A stretch of DNA of 64,000 nucleotides from an uncultured Candidatus Saccharibacteria bacterium (GCA_964348395.1 CAYGCK010000001.1:21018-85017), one strand, 5' to 3'; positions 27,565 through 37,922 are shown, numbered from the stretch's first letter. The notes: generated by a model from the letters alone, not told the origin. Made by a program: numbers and translations.

Positions 27565-29757
27565 TTACCTTTTAAGCGCTGCAGGCCAGGAGCTTTGCAG
27601 CAAGAGACCTTTCATATCCAACTCCTTCCATACCTCCTCCGTTACAAACGGCATAAAGGGATGCAGCAGCTTCAACGACGTGGTTACCAAGGTTGAAAGG
27701 GTATAGATCGCACCCAAATCCCCGGTTTTCAAGCGCCCCTTCGCTTTTTCAATATAAACGTCTGCCACCCTGTGCCATACAAACTCGTAAAGCACCTCGG
27801 CGGCGTGGGAGAACCGGAAATTATCAAGGCCGCGGCCAACCTTGCCTACTACCCCGTCTAGTTCCCTTAGAAATTCCACGTCCGTCTTCTCCAATTCCTT
27901 TGGTTCGTCGACCGAAACCTTCACACCCTCAAGGGACATCTTCGTAAACCGCCCAATATTCCAAATTTTGTTGGCAAAATTCCTCATCCCTTCGATCTTC
28001 TTCTCCCCAATCTTTGAGTCATTACCGGCGGCGACTCCCCAAATCAGAGCGAACCGCAAAGCGTCCGCTCCGTAAGTTTCGACTATGTCCATTGGATCGA
28101 CCACGTTGCCAGCCGATTTGCTCATCTTCTTCCCAAACGCGTCGCGTACCAACCCGTGAAGATAGACGGTCTCAAAAGGGATTTTTCCCGTTGCAAAAAG
28201 ACCGAGCATTATCATACGCGCGACCCAGAAGAACAGGATCTCGTATCCGGTTTCCATAACGCTGGTGGGGTAAAAGTATTTGAAGTCCTGGCTGTGCTTG
28301 CCGTTCCAAGAAAACCCTAGCGTGGTATAGGGCCACTGACCCGAGGAGAACCAGGTGTCAAAGGTATCGGGGTCTTGGATTATGTTGGTACCTTTGCACT
28401 TTGGGCATTTTGGCGGCTTTCTGGTTTGAACAAAGACCTGCCCGCATCCCTCGTCCCCGCGAGCTATCTCTGGATTCATAGATTTTTGAAGCTCGGAGAG
28501 ACCCTTGGTCCCGCAGTACCAAACGGGCATCCTATGCCCCCACCACAGCTGTCTGGAAACGTTCCAATCCTCGATGTTCTCCATCCAATGGAAGAAAACT
28601 TTATTAAAGCGCTTGGGTAGTATCTTTATCTTTCCGCTTCTGACCGCTTTCATAGCGTCCTCGGCGAGCGGTTTCGTCTTTACGAACCACTGAAGTGATA
28701 GTAGGGGTTCAACTGTGGTCTTGCAACGCTCGCAGATCCCGACCGAGTGTGTGTAGTCTTTAATATTTTCTATTAGGCCTTTAGTTTTCAAATCCTCGAC
28801 CACCTTTTTTCTAGCTTCTTTTTTAGAAAAACCTTCATAAGCGCCTCCCTCGGCGGTTATCCTGTCGTCAAAACCGATAACCGTGACCTGGGACAGGTTG
28901 TGGCGCGCGGACATTTCGTAGTCCGCGGGGTCGTGGGCAGGGGTAACCTTGACCGCCCCCGTCCCAAACTTAGGATCGACGGCGTTGTCTTTGATAACGG
29001 GAATTTCGCGATTTAAAAGAGGGAGAACCGCTGTTTTGCCGACAAGTTTTTTATAGCGCCTGTCCTTCGGATTTACTGCAACTGCTGTATCTCCGAGCAT
29101 GGTTTCGGGTCGGGTGGTAGCAACAACGACGTGCGATCCTCCCCCTTTAAGCGGGTACCTTATGTACCAAAGTTTGGTTTTTTTCTCCTCGTGTATAACC
29201 TCTAGGTTGGAAAGAGTGGTCTCACACCGCGGGCACCAGTTGACCAGACGCTCGCCGCGATAGACCAACTCCCTCTTGTGAAGACGAACAAAAGTTTCAA
29301 GCACCGTATCGCTTATTTTTGGATCAAGTGTGAACTTCTCTTTACTCCAACCGCAGCTCGCCCCTAAGGCGCGGAGTTGGTCGTACATAGCTTTCTTGTT
29401 CTTTTGGGTAAAGTTATAAACTTCCTTGTAGAAACGCTCTCGGCCCAGATCCCGGCGGGTTTTCCCCCGCTTGCCAAGCTCCCGCTCGTAGACGACCTGA
29501 GTCAAAATTCCCGCGTGATCGGCGCCCGGGAGCCATAACGACTCGTCCCCTCGCATCCTGCGGTAGCGGATCATAATATCTTGCAGCGTCACGAAAAGGG
29601 CGTGCCCAACGTGCAAGGGTGCGTTGGCATTTGGGGGAGGCATGATAATAGTAAAAGGGCGACTTGACGGCTTGACGGCCGGGGAAAAGGCGCCGGAGCG
29701 CTCCCATTTTTTATATATTTCCTTTTCAACAGTTTGCGGTTTGAAGGTCTTATCCAT
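27565..29757 (-). CDS. valS: valyl-tRNA synthetase (short form lacking the C-terminal coiled coil)
   Basis: PPPNANAPLHVGHA (HIGH), NWCPRCETTLSNLEV, KMSKSAGNVVDP (KMSKS). Confidence 0.85.
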   Translation of the reverse strand: MDKTFKPQTVEKEIYKKWERSGAFSPAVKPSSRPFTIIMPPPNANAPLHVGHALFVTLQDIMIRYRRMRGDESLWLPGADHAGILTQVVYERELGKRGKTRRDLGRERFYKEVYNFTQKNKKAMYDQLRALGASCGWSKEKFTLDPKISDTVLETFVRLHKRELVYRGERLVNWCPRCETTLSNLEVIHEEKKTKLWYIRYPLKGGGSHVVVATTRPETMLGDTAVAVNPKDRRYKKLVGKTAVLPLLNREIPVIKDNAVDPKFGTGAVKVTPAHDPADYEMSARHNLSQVTVIGFDDRITAEGGAYEGFSKKEARKKVVEDLKTKGLIENIKDYTHSVGICERCKTTVEPLLSLQWFVKTKPLAEDAMKAVRSGKIKILPKRFNKVFFHWMENIEDWNVSRQLWWGHRMPVWYCGTKGLSELQKSMNPEIARGDEGCGQVFVQTRKPPKCPKCKGTNIIQDPDTFDTWFSSGQWPYTTLGFSWNGKHSQDFKYFYPTSVMETGYEILFFWVARMIMLGLFATGKIPFETVYLHGLVRDAFGKKMSKSAGNVVDPMDIVETYGADALRFALIWGVAAGNDSKIGEKKIEGMRNFANKIWNIGRFTKMSLEGVKVSVDEPKELEKTDVEFLRELDGVVGKVGRGLDNFRFSHAAEVLYEFVWHRVADVYIEKAKGRLKTGDLGAIYTLSTLVTTSLKLLHPFMPFVTEEVWKELDMKGLLLQSSWPAALKR

Positions 29758-29779
29758 GGGAGTTCAGAGTATAAACCGT

Positions 29780-30421
29780 CTACTCATACGTGTAAATCTT
29801 ACCCCGATACTCCCCCTTTATCAAAGAGCGAGTCTTGGCGGTTGGGCGAAGTGTATAAAGGTCGGACGCGTCCCCTATCGTCTTCGCGGACAGGTATTCG
29901 TTGAAGCGCGGGCGAAGTTCTTCGATTAAAATCCCGTGCTTGAAAATCTCCTCTTGCACGGCGAGCGCACGAACGGAGTCGAGTGAGCCGTACGACAAAA
30001 ACACCCGCGCTCGCTCGCCGCGGGTTACGGCTTCGATTGCGCGCGAGAGAAAAAGGGAGACGCCTTGCGGGGTGTAGGGCGGGTCGGTAAAAACCACGTC
30101 GAAGGAGCGGGTGAGCCTTTTGGGGAGAGGGCTTGCCAAGTTATGCCGCACGATAGAGATTGCCCCTTTGCCCTCTTTTTTAATCACAGCGAGGACGTCA
30201 GGATCGACGTCCAAAACCCAAAGCTCACTATTTTTAGCTTTCGCTAGACAAGCGAGAGAGGTCAGGTCGAAATCGCCAAGAAACAGTATCTTTGAGTCGG
30301 TCAAGAAACCTAAAGTTGCTAGAAGATCGGCGCGGGCGTGGACGGTCTTTTCGGTTGCGCCAAACTGATCGAATGTCCTTTTAGGTTCGGGCCGAAAGGA
30401 GGAGAGGGTAGGCTCGCTCAT
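29780..30421 (-). CDS. DUF43/BpsA C-terminal-domain-like aminopropyl- or methyl-transferase-fold protein
   Basis: ILFLGDFDLTSLA and FDVVFTDPPYT motifs. Start taken at the internal ATG 30421, because the upstream part of the ORF-track ORF overlaps the next gene. Confidence 0.5.
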   Translation of the reverse strand: MSEPTLSSFRPEPKRTFDQFGATEKTVHARADLLATLGFLTDSKILFLGDFDLTSLACLAKAKNSELWVLDVDPDVLAVIKKEGKGAISIVRHNLASPLPKRLTRSFDVVFTDPPYTPQGVSLFLSRAIEAVTRGERARVFLSYGSLDSVRALAVQEEIFKHGILIEELRPRFNEYLSAKTIGDASDLYTLRPTAKTRSLIKGEYRGKIYTYE

Positions 30422-30432
30422 ACATAATCTAC

Positions 30433-32055
30433 TTACTCTTCCTCCGTCACTACCCCTTCGAGTTGATTGATAGTTGCTTGAGCGGTTCCCAAAGCCTCGG
30501 TCGCGGTCTTTCCGGCCAAGACGTCCCGAACCGCTTGTTTCAAGGCGTCGGCGTACGAGTCGTTCCCAGAGAAGTCCACGATCTTGCCGGATACCGCGTT
30601 CGCAGCGGATCCAAGAAGAGAGCCTAAAACATCGTGCTCCTCCACGGCCGAAGCGAGCGAGCGAAGGGCATAGGGTTCGCCAAAAAGACGCGATTGGCTC
30701 GCGGTGGAATAAAACGTCCTCTGCTGCTCCTCTTCCGTCAGGAATTTCAAAAACGCCCAAGCTACGTCAGTCCCTTCGCTCGCCCGGGAAACCCCTTCCA
30801 TCCAAAACGTTCCCCAGTGTACCCCACCCTCCCGCGCACCGGGCAGCTGGGGAACGGCGACGGCGGCGAGCTCTATTTGCGGATTAAGGTTTACTACGTC
30901 GAGAGCCCTCCAGGAAGGTGCGACAATCATTGCAACCTGCTCGTTAGCAAAAGCGTTGACCGAAAAAGGCAACGTAGCGTCCCACACCCTATCCTCCGTC
31001 GAGAAATTGGTGTAGAAGGTCAACGCGTCCGAGGCCGCCTGTGTCCCCAATTCTGTAAGTGGGTTGACTCCGCTTTGGGCGAAAAGAAGAGAAAGTATAT
31101 CCGCGGAATGTGAAACGTTGTCGCCGGTCCCAAAAGCCGCTCCGGAGAAAAGTATCTTCCCCCGTTCCGAGTCGTTCCCTTCCCACGTCGTGAGACGCAC
31201 CGCCTCTCGCCTAAAATCCTCCCAAGTTTTTATAGTCAAGGACACGTCAACTCCTTCAAAAAATTTTTTGTTGTAGAAAAGGACCAGACCGTCGTATTCG
31301 AGTGGAATCGCATAAATATCCGCTCCCGCCTTAGCAGAGCTTAAAGCAACGGGGTAAAAACGAAGAACGTATTCCTCCTCGGTCAAAACGTCGACTGGCA
31401 AAGAGGATAGGTTCGAGGAGAAGTCTGCAACCCAAGAGTTGTGAATTCTAAAGATATCAGGACCGGTCCCCTGTGCAAGACGCGTTAGGAGGGTTTCTTT
31501 GTACTGCTCGAGCGAGCCGAACGAGCGTTTTTCATAGACTACGGACACGTCCACGTTGGGGTTTTCGCTTTCGTAGGCCTGCTCAAAGCTTGAAATAAGC
31601 GGCTGTATCACGTCGGCCTCCTCCCAAAGACCCCAGTAGGTCAGCTCGACGGTTCGCTTACCTCCGAAAAGCGACCCTATAATCGGGATTTTAGAAAGAT
31701 CAAGAGATAGAAAAGTAAAAGCCAAAAACCCTAGAAGAACAACTATACCAACGATAATAAGAGGTCTTATAAGTCCCCTGATTCTCTCGATCATGTTCCC
31801 TGCGGGCGGGGTGGGAGGCGGAGGGGGAGGTGCTTGTGGTGGAGACGGCGGAGGAGGTGGCGGCGGGGCCGGCTTGGGGGGCGCTGCTGGGAGCTTAGGT
31901 GCTGGCGCTGCTGGCGGCGGGGCCGGTTGAGGCGGAGCCGGCGGTTGGGTTTTAGGGGGGGAAGGGGTAGTCGCCCCCCCGGGAGGCGGAAGGCTCGGTG
32001 AATCTTCCTTGACAGGCAGGTTTTCAGAAGGAGTGGCAGGTTTTTGCTCCATCAT
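30433..32055 (-). CDS. extracellular solute-binding protein (family 1) with Pro-rich N-terminal tail and TM anchor
   Basis: About 85-aa Pro/Ala-rich N-terminus, TM, then an SBP_bac_1-like body. ATGA overlap with the upstream gene suggests translational coupling. Confidence 0.6.
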   Translation of the reverse strand: MMEQKPATPSENLPVKEDSPSLPPPGGATTPSPPKTQPPAPPQPAPPPAAPAPKLPAAPPKPAPPPPPPPSPPQAPPPPPPTPPAGNMIERIRGLIRPLIIVGIVVLLGFLAFTFLSLDLSKIPIIGSLFGGKRTVELTYWGLWEEADVIQPLISSFEQAYESENPNVDVSVVYEKRSFGSLEQYKETLLTRLAQGTGPDIFRIHNSWVADFSSNLSSLPVDVLTEEEYVLRFYPVALSSAKAGADIYAIPLEYDGLVLFYNKKFFEGVDVSLTIKTWEDFRREAVRLTTWEGNDSERGKILFSGAAFGTGDNVSHSADILSLLFAQSGVNPLTELGTQAASDALTFYTNFSTEDRVWDATLPFSVNAFANEQVAMIVAPSWRALDVVNLNPQIELAAVAVPQLPGAREGGVHWGTFWMEGVSRASEGTDVAWAFLKFLTEEEQQRTFYSTASQSRLFGEPYALRSLASAVEEHDVLGSLLGSAANAVSGKIVDFSGNDSYADALKQAVRDVLAGKTATEALGTAQATINQLEGVVTEEE

Positions 32056-33275
32056 CCTTGAGAATAGCTGAAGGAGAGTCCTAAAGTCAAAGAAAGAAGA
32101 AAAAGACCTTGAGGGGAGGTAAGGAAGTAATGGTCAAAAAGTCCCAGAAGAACGATCTGGGAAAGGGAAACGGCAAGAAGCCGTTGCTTCCTCTTTACAG
32201 TCGTCCAGAAAGCAAAAGCGAAAAGAAGGAGAAAGGATAAAAGGGCAAACCCCCCGCTTTCCGCGGCCACGAGGGCGAAAATGTTGTGAACTGGTTGAAT
32301 GAATAAGGTCAGCCCCGATGGAACGCCAAATTCAGGAAGGTGTCGGGTAAAAGTGCTCAAGCCAACACCCCAAAAAGGAGCGCTCTTGAACATGGAGAAA
32401 GCGCTTTTCAGCAGGTCTACTCGCCGCGAAACGGAGAGATCTCCGAAGAAGGTTTGGTAGCCCATCAAAAAAAGCGCCATTTTCCTGGTTAGTATGAGAA
32501 ACCCAAGAAAGCCTAGGCTTAAAGATACAAAAGCGGTCCGCGAGAAGGATATAAGGGTTCCAAAAAAGCCAGACACAGCAAGACCCCACAAACGTGTCGA
32601 AAGAACCCAAAGAAAGACCACGCTTGCTACACCGCCTAGGACGTTGGGGTGGGGAAAGGTTGCATAAGGTCTGAGCACATCCGCCCCCAAGAAACTGGTT
32701 TTGGCGACTCCAGCTAAAGATGGGTAGATGGTGGGTTCCCCCAAAAACCAGTATCCGAAAATATTTCTTTGCAAAATAAATTGAGTGAGAGCCAAAAGAA
32801 AACTCCAAAGAACACCCGCCCCCACTAGCAAGAACACTTCCCGTCTTCTGCTCCAAGATACATTTTGCGAAACCCAATAAGAAAATATGAGCCACAGAGA
32901 AATCTCCAAGAACCGAACCAGAGATACTACTCTAAGGTCACTTAGAAAAACCGAGGGAAGAAGAGAAAAAAGAAACAAAGTTAGCAAAAGAAGAAATATT
33001 CTGTGTTCCCCCACGGGTTTCTTCCAGGAGGAGGTGATAAGAAGTAAGAAAACAAGAATTTCCGTTAAATATAAAGCGGGAGAGAGGTAATCTACCAAAA
33101 CCCCCAACACATAAGAAGAGGGAGTTACAAAGTGTTTTGCAAGATTTGCGGGAAATAAGATGAAAACTAATATAAAGATAAGTCGTTGTAGTAGGGCCCG
33201 TGGATTGGTGGAAAAACTCCGCTCTAATCTGATAAAGAGTTTCCTCGTCTTGTGGAAAGCCTGTTTAAGGAGCAT
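32052..33275 (-). CDS. O-antigen ligase/polymerase-like (Wzy_C) membrane protein
   Basis: About 10 TM helices with a periplasmic loop containing ATFPHPNVLGG. Confidence 0.45.
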   Translation of the reverse strand: MLLKQAFHKTRKLFIRLERSFSTNPRALLQRLIFILVFILFPANLAKHFVTPSSYVLGVLVDYLSPALYLTEILVFLLLITSSWKKPVGEHRIFLLLLTLFLFSLLPSVFLSDLRVVSLVRFLEISLWLIFSYWVSQNVSWSRRREVFLLVGAGVLWSFLLALTQFILQRNIFGYWFLGEPTIYPSLAGVAKTSFLGADVLRPYATFPHPNVLGGVASVVFLWVLSTRLWGLAVSGFFGTLISFSRTAFVSLSLGFLGFLILTRKMALFLMGYQTFFGDLSVSRRVDLLKSAFSMFKSAPFWGVGLSTFTRHLPEFGVPSGLTLFIQPVHNIFALVAAESGGFALLSFLLLFAFAFWTTVKRKQRLLAVSLSQIVLLGLFDHYFLTSPQGLFLLSLTLGLSFSYSQG

Positions 33276-33320
33276 TTACTTGTTGGGGAACACTTCGTAC
33301 TTATTTTGACAAAAAAGGGC

Positions 33321-34643
33321 TTAGGCGGTTTTCCCCAAAATTTCCACACGGAGGGTGTCGATCTGGTTTTTGAGAAGGGTGTTCTGCCTCAACTCCTTTT
33401 CTATCTTGTCGACACCGTAAAGAACGGTGGTGTGGTCGCGGTCTCCTAAAAGACCCCCTATGTCTTTAAGGGAAAGGCTGGAAAGGTCTCGTAGAAGATA
33501 AGCGGCGACGTGTCTGGCGGTAACGACTGTTCTGGTTCTTTTTTCGGATTTGACGGCGCTTTCTTCGACGTTGAATCGTTTACAGACGGTGGAAACTATA
33601 TCCTCTGGGGAGCCGGCGGCTCCGGCTGAGGCGCTGGGCAAGAGCGCACTGATAAGCTCTTTGGTTGGAGAAACACCGTGGGCCGAAGATACGGCTAAAA
33701 GCTTTTGCAGGAGCCCCTCGAGTTGTCTTATGCTCCCGGTGATATGCTCGGCTATCTCCAAAACGACTTCGTCCTGCAGCGTAGCTCCCTGCTCGGCCGC
33801 CTTTCTTTTAAGAATCTCCATTTTCATATCGAGGTCGGGGGTCTGGATGTCGGCGACCATTCCCCCGGAGAATCGTGAGACGAGTCGTTCCTCGAGCCTT
33901 TTTATACCCGAGGGATGGCGGTCGGAGGTTAGGACTATCTGCTTGCCGGAAAGATAGAGCTCGTTAAAGGTGTTGAAGAACTCCTCTTGCGTCGCTTCCC
34001 GTCCGGCAAGAAACTGAATGTCGTCGACCAAAAGCACGTCGACTTGACGATATCTTCTTCGAAAGCTCGAGGTAGAGCGCTTGTCTTGAATCGCTTTAAT
34101 AAGCTCGTTGGTGAAGCGCTCACTCGGGGTATAAAGGACCCGGGTTTTGGAATCACGCTCTTTTATGGCGTTTCCCACAGCGTGAAGAAGATGGGTCTTT
34201 CCAAGCCCGACGCCCGAGTGAAGAAATAAAGGGTTGTGTAGATTTCCGGGTCTCTCTACGACAGCCTGCGCCACGCTCGTTGCTAGTTGATTCGAGAGGC
34301 CTACCACAAAAGATTCGAAAGTATAGGAGGAGACGAGGCCGTCAAGCTCTCCGGATTTAAAGATGGGCCCGAGCTCTTGCGCCTTAGCCGAAGCAACTTT
34401 CTTGACCGCAAACGACGCGGTACAGGAGATCCCGGACAAGGTACTCAACGTTTCCTCTATCTTTGCACCATAGCGATGTTTTAGGTACTCCGTGGATAGC
34501 CTGTTGGGACAGGAGACGACTGCGACACCGTCGTCGAAGGAATCGAGAGCGGTTCCGGAGAAGAAAGCCCCCACAACCGCCTTCGAAAGCTCCGTCTCCA
34601 GGCAGGAGATAGTGTTTTTCCAAATCTCTCTGTTGTCTTGCAT
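33321..34643 (-). CDS. dnaA: chromosomal replication initiator DnaA
   Basis: NPLFLHSGVGLGKTHLLHAVGN (Walker A), sensor motifs, and a C-terminal DNA-binding domain. Start at the internal ATG 34643. Confidence 0.9.
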   Translation of the reverse strand: MQDNREIWKNTISCLETELSKAVVGAFFSGTALDSFDDGVAVVSCPNRLSTEYLKHRYGAKIEETLSTLSGISCTASFAVKKVASAKAQELGPIFKSGELDGLVSSYTFESFVVGLSNQLATSVAQAVVERPGNLHNPLFLHSGVGLGKTHLLHAVGNAIKERDSKTRVLYTPSERFTNELIKAIQDKRSTSSFRRRYRQVDVLLVDDIQFLAGREATQEEFFNTFNELYLSGKQIVLTSDRHPSGIKRLEERLVSRFSGGMVADIQTPDLDMKMEILKRKAAEQGATLQDEVVLEIAEHITGSIRQLEGLLQKLLAVSSAHGVSPTKELISALLPSASAGAAGSPEDIVSTVCKRFNVEESAVKSEKRTRTVVTARHVAAYLLRDLSSLSLKDIGGLLGDRDHTTVLYGVDKIEKELRQNTLLKNQIDTLRVEILGKTA

Positions 34644-34673
34644 GGCTTGCGTGGGGCAGGGGGATTTAATTTC

Positions 34674-34690
34674 GCTTAAAGCCTTTAAGC
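34674..34690. promoter_or_regulatory. perfect 8+1+8 palindrome GCTTAAAG-C-CTTTAAGC upstream of dnaA
   Basis: Seen in the dnaA-rpmH intergenic region, about 30 nt from the dnaA start. A tandem AGTTTTGG repeat at 34748-34764 lies nearby. Confidence 0.3.
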
Positions 34691-34848
34691 TAAAGAGGCA
34701 GGGACAGCAAGCTAAATCTAAAAAAGCTATCAACGCCCTGTCAAGATAGTTTTGGAAGTTTTGGGTGTATGTTATAGTAGTCTAGCCCTTGGGAAAGAAC
34801 CAATGCGCGCGTCATAACCTTATAACGAAAGGAGCACAATAATTACCC

Positions 34849-34983
34849 ATGCCAAAAAGGACATATCAGCCTAAAAAAAGAAAGAGAAAGCGAGTCCATG
34901 GATTTTCGAAGCGAATGCGAACCGCCGGCGGGCGAGCCGTTCTTAAGCGGAGGAGGAAGAAAGGACGAAAGCGCCTGACTTAA
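34849..34983 (+). CDS. rpmH: 50S ribosomal protein L34
   Basis: [44 protein letters not shown]; not in the ORF track because it is under 60 aa. Confidence 0.9.
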   Translation: MPKRTYQPKKRKRKRVHGFSKRMRTAGGRAVLKRRRKKGRKRLT

Positions 34984-35339
34984 TGTTATCCAAGAGGAAC
35001 CGGCTTTTATCGGATTTCGATTTTAGAAGGGTCCGAAAGGTTGGGGAGAGATTCGATACCTCATACTTCTCTTTATTTATCGCCAGGTCTAAGAAAGACA
35101 TCCCCGCACGCTTTGGTTTCGTGATCTCTTTGAAAGTTAGTAAAAGCGCCGCCAAAAGAAACAGGGTTCGGAGAGTTTTGACTAGTGAAGTGGAAAAAGC
35201 TCTCCCCCAAATAGCGGGCGGTGTAGAAGCTGCCTTTTTTGTCCGAATTCGGGCGGTTGGGGCCGACGTCCAGGAGCTTAGAAAGCAGGTTCGAAGAACC
35301 TTTCGGGAGGCAGGGATCCTAAAAGAGGAAAACACTTGA
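34983..35339 (+). CDS. rnpA: RNase P protein component
   Basis: TAATG overlap with rpmH; basic 118-aa protein with RnpA-like [13 protein letters not shown] ... motif. Confidence 0.8.
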   Translation: MLSKRNRLLSDFDFRRVRKVGERFDTSYFSLFIARSKKDIPARFGFVISLKVSKSAAKRNRVRRVLTSEVEKALPQIAGGVEAAFFVRIRAVGADVQELRKQVRRTFREAGILKEENT

Positions 35340-35373
35340 AAGTTTAGCCCCTTGCCTGCACAATGGTGTATAT

Positions 35374-35643
35374 ATGAGCGCTAAAAAGATTATCTTACGA
35401 GCCATCGACCTCTACCAGAAAACCGTATCCCCAGACCACGGGGTTTTGGGTAAGGCGGTTTTAGGAGGGTCGTGCCGGTTCGAGCCAACCTGCTCCCAGT
35501 ATTCGCGGGAAGCCATGGAAAGGTACGGAGTCTTGAGAGGAAGTTTTTTGGGAGTAAGAAGAGTTTTACGCTGCCATCCGCTGGCGAGAGGAGGATATGA
35601 CCCGGTGCCGCGACTTAAAGGCGGCGGTCTTTTGGAATCATGA
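35374..35643 (+). CDS. yidD: membrane protein insertion efficiency factor YidD
   Basis: [19 protein letters not shown] ... [14 protein letters not shown]. Confidence 0.85.
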   Translation: MSAKKIILRAIDLYQKTVSPDHGVLGKAVLGGSCRFEPTCSQYSREAMERYGVLRGSFLGVRRVLRCHPLARGGYDPVPRLKGGGLLES

Positions 35644-36317
35644 ATCTCTGGAACACGTTCCTTATCGATCCTTTGACATCGGCTCTTTTTTTCCTTTATC
35701 AAAACTTGGGGCAGAACTTAGGCCTTGCGATTATTGCTTTGACTTTGGGCCTTAGAATTCTCCTTTTTCCTCTTGCTTTGCCTGCAATCCGTTCGACAAA
35801 AGTTCAGCAGGAGCTGAAACCCGAACTTGACAAGATAAAGAAAAAGTACAAGGGAGACCGTCAAAAGATGTCTGTCGCCCAGATGGAACTCTTCAAGAAG
35901 CGTGGGGTTAACCCTTTTGCAGGATGTCTTCCTCAAATTTTACAGCTTGTTATCCTCATAGCTCTCTATCGCGTCTTTATTGTGAACCTAGGAAACGGCG
36001 CCCTGGACCCGCATTTTCTGATTTGGGATTTGTCCGTAAGAGATAGATATCTGATACTCCCCATTTTGGCCGCAGCGGTTCAATTTTTCCTCTCTAAAAT
36101 GACGCTTCCGCAGGTTTCCGAAGAGCACAAGGCGGCGCACGAGGCAGGAGGGAGGGAGGAAGATTTCGCAACCGCCTTCCAGCGCCAGAACCTTTATATC
36201 TTTCCTATCTTGACGCTTATTCTGGGTTTCCAATTTCCGGCGGGTCTTATGCTCTATTGGCTCGTCTCTTCCCTGATTCAGCTTTTGCAGCAGTGGGTGA
36301 CGGTCCGTATCTTGTGA
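35640..36317 (+). CDS. yidC: YidC/Oxa1-family membrane insertase (short form)
   Basis: ATGA overlap with yidD; 5 TM core; PF02096-like region. Confidence 0.8.
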   Translation: MNLWNTFLIDPLTSALFFLYQNLGQNLGLAIIALTLGLRILLFPLALPAIRSTKVQQELKPELDKIKKKYKGDRQKMSVAQMELFKKRGVNPFAGCLPQILQLVILIALYRVFIVNLGNGALDPHFLIWDLSVRDRYLILPILAAAVQFFLSKMTLPQVSEEHKAAHEAGGREEDFATAFQRQNLYIFPILTLILGFQFPAGLMLYWLVSSLIQLLQQWVTVRIL

Positions 36318-36335
36318 TACTCTTTTAAGAGGTAG

Positions 36336-36809
36336 ATGATTGAAGTTACGAATTTCCTTAAAGGAAAATCCGAGGAAGTCACAAAACGTATGGGTCTTGA
36401 GGCGGAAGCCTCAGTCTCCACAGATGACGATAGGGTCATGGTTGAGCTTAAAGCGCGCGACGAGGAAGATACCCCGCTTCTTATCGGGTTTCACGGTCAG
36501 ACTCTAAATTCTCTTCAAACCATCTTGCGCACAATGGCGTTTCGCGCGTTTGGTGAAGTTCCTTCTGTTTTGGTTGAGGTAGGAGACTACCGGAGAAATC
36601 GTGAGGAGGAGATAACCCGACGAGCGCTTGAGGCGGCGGACAAGACGAGATTCCTCCTAAAAGAGGTGTCATTCCCGGCTATGTCCGCCTATGAGCGGCG
36701 TATCATTCACATAGCTCTTTCTGGGGAAAAGGGAGTCAGAACCGAAAGTCGAGGGGAGGGACGCGAGAGACATGTGGTGGTTGTACCAGAGGGGCAAGGA
36801 CGCGATTAA
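36336..36809 (+). CDS. jag: Jag/KhpB R3H-domain RNA-binding protein
   Basis: LLIGFHGQTLNSLQ (KH-like) and ERRIIHIAL (R3H). Confidence 0.75.
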   Translation: MIEVTNFLKGKSEEVTKRMGLEAEASVSTDDDRVMVELKARDEEDTPLLIGFHGQTLNSLQTILRTMAFRAFGEVPSVLVEVGDYRRNREEEITRRALEAADKTRFLLKEVSFPAMSAYERRIIHIALSGEKGVRTESRGEGRERHVVVVPEGQGRD

Positions 36810-36830
36810 CCGTCGCTAGCTTTAAAAAAT

Positions 36831-37922
36831 ATGAAAGTAACTATACTTCAAGAAAATCTTCTGCCGAAGCTCTCTGCGGTTTCCAGGTTCGCCTCTTCCC
36901 GCGCAGCGCTCCCTGTTTTGGAAAACATTCTTTTGACTGCGGAGCGCGGAGTTCTAACTTTAAGCGCAACCGATTTAGACACCGGGGTGAGGACTAGCGT
37001 GGGTGCGAAGGTTGAACGTGGGGGCTCGACCACTGTTCCCGCGCGGCTTTTGGTTGGACTTATTGGAAACCTTCCCCCGGGACGTCTCATACTCTCCTCG
37101 CAGAAAGATATTTTAACTGTCGAGGCCGAAGATTTTGCCTCCAAAATCAATGGTCTTTCCTCCGAGGAATTCCCGGCGTTTGTTGAGGAAGGAAAGAAAG
37201 CATTCGCGATTGACGCCAAAACTTTTAGGGAGGCTATCACGCAGGTTTCCTTCGCGGCTGCTCAAGACGAGTCGCGCCCTATTTTAACCGGGCTTTTACT
37301 TCGTCTAGATGGTGGGATTTTGACTCTGGTGGGGGTTGATGGGTTTCGTCTTGCGGAGAAGAGGATAAAGATAGAGGGGACGGATATGTCCGTTGTTGTG
37401 CCCTCCCGATCTTTTGCTGAAGTTTCAAAACTTATGAGCGGAGAGGTTGAGGTTTTACAGTCTGAGGGCGGTCAGCTGATTTTCAAGAGCGAAGATTTCA
37501 CGGTTTTCGCTCAAGCGCTTGAGGGGGAATTCCCGGAATACGAGCAAATAATACCCTCGAATTTTGAGACGAAAATTACCTTTAGCAAGGACGAACTTTC
37601 AAAAGCGGTTCAGCTTACCTCCATATTCTCTGAGGTTGGGACGGGAATTATTTCTTTGGACTACGATCCCAAAGGAAAAAAGCTTGAAGCATCGTCGCAG
37701 GAATCGGAAAGCGGGGAGGCAAGGCAAATGGTCGCAATATCGGGTGAGGGAAAGCGCGGAACCATCTCTTTTAATTCTCGCTACCTAACCGACGCTCTGA
37801 ACGCTCTTGGGTCCGAAGAGATTGTTCTGTCCCTAAACTCTTCTGTCGATCCGGTCCTTTTCTCCGTCCCCAAGGATAAGACTTACATCCACGTCGTGAT
37901 GCCCGTTAGGCTGCAGGGATAA
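36831..37922 (+). CDS. dnaN: DNA polymerase III beta sliding clamp
   Basis: Three-domain clamp; PVLENILLTAERGVLTLSATDLDTGV and a C-terminal VVMPVRL region align with DnaN. Confidence 0.9.
   Translation: MKVTILQENLLPKLSAVSRFASSRAALPVLENILLTAERGVLTLSATDLDTGVRTSVGAKVERGGSTTVPARLLVGLIGNLPPGRLILSSQKDILTVEAEDFASKINGLSSEEFPAFVEEGKKAFAIDAKTFREAITQVSFAAAQDESRPILTGLLLRLDGGILTLVGVDGFRLAEKRIKIEGTDMSVVVPSRSFAEVSKLMSGEVEVLQSEGGQLIFKSEDFTVFAQALEGEFPEYEQIIPSNFETKITFSKDELSKAVQLTSIFSEVGTGIISLDYDPKGKKLEASSQESESGEARQMVAISGEGKRGTISFNSRYLTDALNALGSEEIVLSLNSSVDPVLFSVPKDKTYIHVVMPVRLQG

Noticed and set aside
34644-34848. Canonical DnaA boxes (TTATCCACA / TGTGGATAA) in the dnaA-rpmH spacer, and at 37923-38054.
   Set aside because: None found by eye. 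Only a palindrome and an AGTTTTGG tandem repeat were seen, so no oriC call is made.
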